Source of the DNA: Chrysomallon squamiferum
Taxonomy: Eukaryota > Animalia > Mollusca
Length of the DNA stretch: 64,000 nt
Reading direction: 5' to 3'
Assembly: GCA_012295275.1 (NCBI GenBank)
Contig: CM022673.1
Coordinates: 12,710,001 to 12,774,000, forward strand
The notes under the pieces are model-generated. The model made no database searches. It had not been told where the DNA came from and saw nothing but the letters and a program-made list of their open reading frames with translations. A program made the translations under genes and the position numbers. Positions 54,658-64,000 of the stretch are shown here, one piece after another. The number at the start of each line of letters is the position of its first letter. Within the stretch, counting starts at the first letter, position 1.

Positions 54658-56664
54658 TGAGTTTGAATGTGATGTTTATTTATGTCTGTGTGAATGTGAG
54701 TGTGCATATGTGTATGTGCATATATACATGTGTCCATGTGTTTGTATGTACATCAGTGTGTGCCTCTGTTTGTGTGTATGTGTGTTTGTGTTTGAGTGTC
54801 TTTGTAGATATGTATATAGTGCATATGTGTATATATGTATGTGTGTTTATGTGCATGTGTAGAATGTGTGTGCAGCATGTGTGTTTGAGCATATATATAT
54901 ATTGCAAATTTTAGTCCACGACTGACACATCAGCTAGATGGATGAATGGATTAATGGATTAATGGATTAGTGGAAGGACTGTCACACAGACAAATGGATA
55001 ACAACAATGCATACATTATTTTAACAGAAGAATTTAGTTTTTCACTGCTATGTATTTAACTGTTTGATTCACGTAAGTTCAAATTGTGTGTTGTTATGAT
55101 GTTGTTGTTTTTTCGCAACAAATATAAAAAGTGAAGAGTCTATTAAAAATGTTTTATTTTACTGGACAGAATTAAACTGGGCGAAACTAATTCACTTTTA
55201 CAGCTCTAAGTGCTTTCACAGGAAGTGAATCAGTTATTTCAAGTGAAGTGTTTCTACTCTGTAAGAAGGAAGTTTTGTAACACAGCAAGTCACTAATTAT
55301 ACTGTCACTTAGTGTCTGCTTGTATAACACAGGCAATGTCTGTGTAGGTAACTGTATTAATAAAGTAGTAGTAGTAGTAGTAGTAGCAACAGTGATTACA
55401 TTAATGCCAATAATCATATCAATATCATAGTAATATTGATGATGATGACATTAATAAAACTCTAATACAATAAATAATGGAATAAATAAATAAATAAATA
55501 AATAATAAAAATAGTGAATAAATAAAGAAATACACAATCAAAATAAATAAATAAATTTAAATTATAAATAAATATATAAACATGAAAATAAATAAATAAT
55601 TAATACACAAACAAATAAAAACAAAATAAACAAACAAATAAATACATAAATAAATTATAAAAATAGTGACTAAACAAAGAAACAATCAAAATAATCAAAT
55701 AAATTTAGATAATAAATAAAACAAACAGGCAAGCAATATAAATAAATATAAATAATAAATAAATAATTAAACAATAAAATATAAATGAAAAAATAATCAA
55801 ATAAATAAACAAACAATATAACAAAATAATTAATAAACAAACAAAAACAAATAAATAAATAAACAGTAAAAAATAAATAAGTAACAAGATAAGGAAAGAT
55901 TGAAATTTAAGACAACATGACTAAAGCAAATTAGATGTGAATGTCTAACACAGAATAATGTGTTTCTTTCATGACGTATGGTTATGTAAAATGAAAATAC
56001 AGTTCATGACTTTGAGTTATTTAAAATCATCATTGTAGAAAGCATGTTCACTGTATAATGTGATATTGCAAGCAAAAAATAACAATTTGTATAGAAAAAT
56101 GATTTACTATATTCAATTTAAATATATATATGATGAATATATATATATATATATATGTGTTAAATATATAAATAAAAAAAAAAAAAATTTAAAAAAAGAA
56201 AAAATTAAAAAGATAATTTTTCTCTGTGCTTGCTTTTTTTTTCTTTAATTTTTTTTGTTTTTTTAATTACGTTTTTATTTCTTTATATATATATATACAT
56301 ATATATATATATGTATGTATATGTATATGTAAGAAAACAAGACAATAAAAAAAGACCAACTATACATTTTAATTTTAATTTCTTTTAAATTATTATTATT
56401 ATTATTATTTCATTTTTTTTTTTTTTTTTTTTAAATTACAATGTATATTGATACAGAAATATTTAATCCTACATTTTTTTTTTTTTTTTTTTTTTTCAGG
56501 TGTTTTCATTGACTTGCTGAAGTCAACAGAAGATTCCTCAGTCATTATCAGTGCATTTTTCTCACTGACCTTTGTACAGTCTCTGACAGAATTCTCACCT
56601 AAACCTGAACCTGGAGTTTTATCGAGCTGCACGGAAATCAATTTACAAGACAAGTTTATCTCAC

Positions 56665-56717
56665 CCAGCCAGAGAACCGGTTAAAAAGTCTCCACAGACT
56701 GCCAGACAAATTAACAT
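56665..56717 (-). CDS. Weaker candidate first coding exon: MLICLAVCGDFLTGSLA(G)-KHSS
   Basis: ATG at 56717; TGG|GTGAGA donor; 53 nt = phase 2; in a non-repetitive island with a few CpGs. Confidence 0.3.
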
Positions 56718-57444
56718 AGCACTAAGAGACGATTAGTTTTTTTCTTTCCTTTCTAACCTGAACAATGAACATGGAGTTGTGTCTGCCGGAAACAAGGGAC
56801 AGGACAGAAAGGTCAACAGTGGTAAATAAAGCATGGGTAAAACAGATTTCATTGTTTGAAACATGAATGAACTGCAGAACTGTGGTGAATTTAATGAAAC
56901 AGAAAAAGTTCTGGATATAACTGTTTGAAAGATAAACAAAGTTTACATTGAAACCAGCTTTAAGGAAAATGGTATGACATTCTAGTTGTAACTGTTTGAA
57001 GTATGCAATATAACCAAAGTCTTAACTAATGTTAAGGAAAATAGCATCTTTCTATGAACCAAATTATCTGAAATATGAAAGATAACCAAAGATCTACATT
57101 TAACTACTTTTAAGGAAAATAGTATCATATTCTAATCAAAACTATTTGAAATATGCAAAGTCTTAACAAACAGCCGCACACACACAGTGTATTTTTTTAT
57201 TATCTCTGTTTTACTTGTATTTTTCTGACACAGAACTGTCAAAGTGTCAGACTATTTCGAGAAATGACATTTGTTTTATTGTCTTGTTGATATGTTTTCA
57301 ACAGTGCCTGATCAAACACAATGTCTGTCATACAGGCTATACTCCGTAATCCTTTCTTTTTTCTAATGCTGTTAACACTGTTTTTATCAACTGCTTTTTT
57401 ATGGTGAAAAAATATATTAATAATAATAATAATAATAATATATA

Positions 57445-57490
<46 letters not shown>

Positions 57491-58309
57491 TTTTTTTTTT
57501 TTTTCATTTTTTTTTTTTTTTACATTCAATTTTAATAATCATCTTTTTCCATCTTTTCTATCAATTCATATTTTTTATTTCTTAAGTGTGAATGAACTCA
57601 TAAATTGCAGATGCTAAGGATTCTATTAACTTGTTACCATGGATACTGAAAATTCAATTTGATGAAGACAAAAAATAGAAATGATTTTACAGAGTATCAT
57701 TAAGTTTTCTAAATTTAGCATCAGTTTAATCAAAACCAAGGTGTATGATGTCAGCCTCATAAATTCATAGAGTAAAAAGAAATATATTATAATGAAAATA
57801 GAATTCCATATTTGTAAAAATAAAAAAAAAATAAAAAATATTTAAAAAAAACATCATCAAAGAAACACCTTTGAAACTTGGAGCCAGAAGATAATATTTT
57901 ATTTTATTTGTTCTTATTTTATATTATTTTATTCTTTAATTGAATATATTTTCATTTTATTTTATTTTATTATTTTATCTCATTTTGTATTTTATTTTAT
58001 TTCTATGTTTATAGAATTTTTTGTCTTTATGAATGCATACTGTTTTATTTTTTAATATTTAATTCTATTCATTATTTCCTTTTAAACTTTATTTATTATA
58101 TTTAATATTTTAATTTTTTTTTTCATGTTCTAAAGAATTTTTTTAAATGTATCTTATATTTAATTTATTTTATTATTATTATTATTATTATTATTTTTAA
58201 CTTCTATTTGTATATAATTTTATTTATTTTATAATAATACTCGTATTTTTGTATTTTTCATTTTTATTTTATTTATTTTATTTTATTTATTTATTACCTT
58301 TTTTTCTTT

Positions 58310-58342
<33 letters not shown>

Positions 58343-58675
58343 ATAATATTAGTTTGTTTTACTTAACAAAATGATTAAATAATTTATTTTATGATAGTTT
58401 ATTTTTATATATTTATAAATTAAAATGACATGAACCTCATAATATTTTTATAATTATGTAACATAATCAACAGAAATTAAAGAAATGCTCAAGACTTAGT
58501 CTGAAATTTAACTGTAGACAGTAAGAACAAAATCAATTATTGATTAATCATCAAACTATTCTGATGAAAAAAAACATAACTATCATATTACTGTCTTTCT
58601 TACAGTTTTAATTATAGTTTATTGATTTTAATTATTTTTAGAAAAAAACAATTTAAAAAAACAAAAACAACAAAG

Positions 58676-58710
<35 letters not shown>

Positions 58711-59520
58711 CACCAAAAAGCCTAGTGAAAAAGAATTGGAGGATGGAACATGAAATTAAAAACAGTTACAAATTTGAATAAAACTCATTAATCATAAAAC
58801 AACCAGTCTCTAAAACATATATTTTCTCATTTTATCAATTTGTCTGAATGTCTGATACATACAAAAACACACCCAATGACACCCCCCCCCAGCATTTACA
58901 TATATTCAATAATCATCTTCTTATTTTCATAATAATTTTATATACTTCCAGCAAACACCAATACTCTTATTCTTGATACAAAAAACAAAACCAAGTAAAA
59001 TTATTAACAATTCTCTGCTCTCACAGATATTAAAGGAAAAGATAATGGTTAAATACAGATGTAAATCTTTCCTGTGATGCTACTGCGGGTTCTGGTGAAA
59101 CTGTGACAACATTAATCTTGTTTTTGACGACACACATTACTACCACAGATTACACGACTCTGCTGCAGACAACTGTAATGTCTTCAAGCAAACATTCTGA
59201 ATTTTAATATTAACAGCTAATTGTTCTGTCTCACACATAAATACAGAAAGAAAGAGATATTACTGGAGAAAATGAGAGACTCCCAGAGAAACAGATAGAC
59301 AGACAGAGAGGCAAAGAGAGAGAGAGAGAGAGAGACAGATAGAGAGTGACAGATATTCAATAATAATAATCATAATAATAATAATAATAATATTACATGT
59401 TTTTTTACATAGCTTCAATAAAGGAGGTAAATCAGCTGACAACAGAATCCTCATAAATCGAATATCTTGCCTGACCTTTTTATACTGGGTTTTATAGATA
59501 GATAGATAAGCAGAGAGAGA

Positions 59521-59620
<100 letters not shown>

Positions 59621-59951
59621 GAAAGATATATACAGATACAGAGAAAGTAAGAAACATAGAGAGCAAGAACCATGCAGTAATAGAAAAAAATATTGAATTT
59701 AATAACTAATCTTTATTTAAAAAAACAAAACAAAAAACAAAATTTTTTGTAAAAAATAAGACAATTATAATGATGATGGGCTGCAGAAAAACAATCCTTT
59801 AATTACAAAAGAAGACGGAAATAAGCATAGCTGTAATTATATCGACATTTTAAAATTTGCAATTAGAAAGAAAATTCAGAATCAAAGAAGAGAAGAAAAA
59901 TACTCTATCTTGTTGTTAAAGATGATTGTGGTAATAACAACAACAACAACA

Positions 59952-59983
<32 letters not shown>

Positions 59984-60779
59984 TAAATAAATATATATTT
60001 AATTAAAAAAAGAAAATTTTGAGTAAAGATGACTATTTTCAAAATAAATATTTCCAAATTTAGAGATTTCATTACAGATACAATATAATAATTGTATGAT
60101 GATAAAAATATTTTAATGAATAAAAATAACCAAAATCCTAAATTACTATTTTCAAACTAATAATAATAATTAAGAAGAAGAAGAACAAGAACAACAACAA
60201 CAACAATTAAAACAGCATTAGTACAATTAAAAAAGAACAGCATCTAAAACCTATACTGGAATTTTGAGGATTATAAAAATACAGAATTTCTCATGACAAA
60301 AATTATTTGACAAACACACCAAACAAAACAAAACCCACAAAAAACAACAACTAAGAAATAAACTAACAATATGCATCACTTAGCAGAAAGAAAGAAAAAA
60401 CCAATACATACAACTTATTTATTCTTTACAAGAAAAACAGTAGAAATAAAATATCTCATACATTATATTGACAAAGAAACTTTAATTATAAATTTATTTT
60501 TTTTTTTTTCACCTCAAATAGAATATTTTTCAAGCAGAACCTAAATAGACATAAAATCTTTAAAATAAGTTTTTATTTTTCTTCATAATATTTCATTAAC
60601 CTTCTAATTTATTTATTTATTTGAATATACTGTTGACGTTATTATCTTTTTGATTTTTTGGAGGACAAATGTTACTTAAAAATCAATTTTTTTATATATT
60701 TTTTTTCAGTAATGTATTAAGTTAGAATTATTTTTTCAAAAACTTCATCCAATAAATTGTGTTTTATTGCTCAATGGTT

Positions 60780-61300
60780 GTGTGATTGTGTACAATGTTC
60801 AGTATTTTTGTGTTTTAATGTACAGTGTGTTTCAGTGGTTCAATATATCTGTGTTTTAATATTCAGTATTTCTGTTTTATGGTTCAATGTATCTGTGTTT
60901 TATTAGTTTCTGTTTTGTGGTTCAATGTTTTTATGTTTTAATATTCAGTGTTTTGTATGTATCTGTGTTTTTTAATATTCAGTATTTCTCTGTGTTTTAA
61001 TGTACATACAGTGTGTTGTATGTTCTCTGTGTTTTAATGTACAATGCATTTTTTTCTTCTAATTTTCAGTGTTTGTATATTTCTTTTACACTGGCTGTGT
61101 TTTATGTAAATCACTATATTTTAATGCACAAGAACTGTTTTAATGTATACTATCAGTGTTTTAATGTATAATGTCTATGTTTTAATGTACAATATCAATG
61201 TTTTAATGTACAATATCAATGTTTTAATGTATAAAACCTGTGTTTTAATCTACAATATCTGTGTTTTAATATACAATATCTATTTTTAATGTCCAGTGTA
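60780..61300. repeat. Degenerate ~21-bp tandem repeat (TGTGTTTTAATGTACAATATC)
   Basis: GTTTTAAT motif recurs throughout. Confidence 0.8.
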
Positions 61301-62899
61301 TGTGCTTTGTTTTGTTTTTTTATAAGAAACTGAAATAGATGAATGCTGTTTTAGAAGACATTATTGGAAAAGCAATCACTGTTGTGGTGAAGATGTTATT
61401 GAGAACACATGATGATGATGATGATGACAGTGATGTAGCTAACAGAGCAAGTTTCATCAACAGCTGTGATTTGATGCATACGTGAGTCAATGTGAGTAAT
61501 GGTGTGAGCACGTAACAAATTAATGTTGTGATACACTGTCATAATATTAAAATAATAATAATAATAATAATAATACTGTGAGTGTGAGTGAGTAAGTGTG
61601 AGTAACAAAACAATATTCTGATGTGCTATCACAATAATAATGATCACAGTGAGTGCAAAGATGTGAGTATATTATCTTAATGACAGTAACTATAATCCTA
61701 GTGAATGAGTGAGTGAGTGAGTAAAAAAGCATGAGGATGAATATATGAATGACAGAATAAATGAATGAATAAATAAAAATGTGTGTCACTTAATGAAAAC
61801 ACTATGTATCCCTTTTTGCTAAGATAAACACATTCTGATTGGAGTGTACATTAGTTCCCAGTCCAACAAAAAACCTCACAGTTGGATTAGATTATTCTGT
61901 AAACAGTTTTTATTATTATTGTTATTTGTTTATATGTGCTCATTAACAAAGTATGTTTATTACATTATGTACTATACATTACTGAATATGTAATTAGGTA
62001 GTGATATATTGATTTTATGTCACAGAGGTTGGCAAATAATTGATATTAAAATATTTTTCAAGTTTGTGTTCAATATTTCATCCAGTATTATGTAATTCAA
62101 TTTTTGTAACAAATTTTTACTCATATTATTTTTTTATTTATTATTTTTGTTCTTTCTTAATTTTTTTTGTTTTGTTTTGTTTTGATGTTATTGTTGTTTT
62201 TATTGTTAGTGGGTGGTGTGTCAGAGCTTAATGGCTTGAGGTATAGTAGGTGACCAGTTCAAATCTCCTTCAAGATTCTATCAGACTGTTATTTATTTCA
62301 GTGATCTGTGTTTGCTTTATTAATGACTGTGATGTGTGTTTGTGTTTGACTGTTTGCAGACACAGTGATACTAGCAGTGGTTGTAGCAGTAGTGGTAGAT
62401 GTAGCAGCAGTACTACTATTGGCTATGGTATAGAAAAGATAGTACTAGTTGTAATCATAACAGTAGTAATTGATCTATTAGTAATAGTCTCTCTTTCTCT
62501 CTCTTTCTCTGTCTCTCTCTTTCTCTCTTTCTCTCTCTGTCTCTCTCTATCTCTCTTTCTCTCTCTGTCTCTCTCTAACTCTCTTTCTCTCTAATTACAG
62601 ATGTGGTAGAATAGTTGTGTTGATGACAGACATGATAAAAAATAGAAACAGTAAAATAAAGATGTGAAAAATAATAAATTTAATTTAAATAGATGTTTCC
62701 TCTCTTTTATTTACTTTTTAATGTTTTCTCTTTCTCTCTTAAATTTTTTTTTCTCTCTGCTTGTTTTTCATCTGTCTTTCTCTCTCCCTTTCATTTTCTT
62801 TCTGTTTCTCTTTTCCTTCTTTCTTTCTTTCCTTCTCTCTCATTCTCTTTCTCTTTCTCTCAGCATCCAGATAAAGGTAAGACTAAACAAAACATCATC

Positions 62900-63000
<101 letters not shown>

Positions 63001-63423
63001 AGCTATACACATGTTTCTCTACTGATTCAGTTTTTGCGGTGAGCTTGGAGTGTTGTTATTCAGACGAGTAACAGGAGAAAACATTCAGCTTCACATTAAG
63101 TGTTCAGCTACGTTAAGTGATGTGAAAACCTTCCCAGTAATTGATTCATCAGTTACATTATCTACTACAGGCGAGACATTAACCTGAAGCATGGAAGAGC
63201 TCCGCGATAAATTACTTGTTTTATCCCAGAGACAATCTGAAAATTAGAATCAATTTCCAGCTGAAGTTATTGGCTTTATTTTCCCATTCTAAACAGTGCC
63301 GATTTGATTGAGTGTGGATATAAAAAAAAAAAAAAAAATTTTATTTTTATTTTTTTTACCTTATATGGGAAGAATATTTTGTTATAGAAGTTTTTTAAGG
63401 ATATAAAACCATAAAATGGATTC

Positions 63424-63512
<89 letters not shown>

Positions 63513-63518
63513 TTATCC

Positions 63519-63558
<40 letters not shown>

Positions 63559-63571
63559 CATATACACACAC

Positions 63572-63604
<33 letters not shown>

Positions 63605-63917
63605 TCATTGAAATATCATTGAACAGTAATTGGTTAAATATATAACTCGCAGTACTCATATTGCTGTTACACAAACATACGTAATGCCAGTGGACTGTAA
63701 CAGTTACTTACATATAACTGAATATACTAACAGAAGTGCGGTACCATTGTGTAACAACTGCTTTATATAATTACAATACGCAGTATAGTAACTTGTAATT
63801 ATATATAACACACGGTAATACTACTATCACGTATTTACGTAACAACGCTTTACAGCGGTTGTTTGCGTAATACAGTTTACAACATCCCGTCTAAAACAGT
63901 GTAAAACAATGTCTTAC

Positions 63918-63937
63918 CCGTAGTTATTATTAGCCAT
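63918..63937 (-). CDS. TP53I11: Candidate alternative first coding exon: MANNNY(G)-KHSS
   Basis: CAAATGG start context; CGG|GTAAGA donor; 20 nt = phase 2; in a CpG-dense patch (~63640-63975). Any 5' UTR or promoter runs off the window end. Confidence 0.55.
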
Positions 63938-64000
63938 TTGAGAGCAAAGCTGTTTACATCACACAGTGACGCAGACACAGGGGCCAGCACCAGTTTTCAT

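Noticed and set aside
56500-56684. Plus-strand poly-T CAG acceptor followed by ~60 open codons (possible nested gene exon)
   Set aside because: No recognisable protein and no partner plus-strand exons found; poly-T tracts are ubiquitous here.
62215-62280. tRNA-like A-box/B-box (GAGCTTAATGG...GTTCAAATC)
   Set aside because: Cannot be folded into a cloverleaf; more likely an eroded SINE head than a tRNA gene.

Overview
AT-rich, CpG-depleted, microsatellite-dense animal genomic DNA; a mollusc-like invertebrate is my inference from repeat style, not proven. The only recognisable protein-coding gene is a minus-strand TP53I11 (PIG11) homologue, which the supplied ORF track misses entirely. Four constitutive exons (14791-14884, 9717-9824, 7973-8072, 6937-7038) have canonical GT-AG borders and consistent phases and encode [38 protein letters not shown]...PVRLYGAALLS...LQTLV. 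The notable architecture is at both ends. (i) Two paralogous-looking terminal coding exons (5157-5326 and 183-355) each supply a different last transmembrane segment and tail in the same phase. (ii) A series of short ATG-to-donor mini-exons is spread over ~49 kb (best: 18126-18160, 20730-20758, 32382-32392, 54036-54067, 63918-63937). All end in phase 2, join the KHSS exon in frame, and sit in CpG-retaining patches, suggesting multiple alternative promoters and N-termini. The rest is intron: minisatellites (including a 43-bp hairpin-containing array), degenerate SINE-like copies, a ~330-bp foldback and simple repeats. All exon usage is predicted from sequence only.
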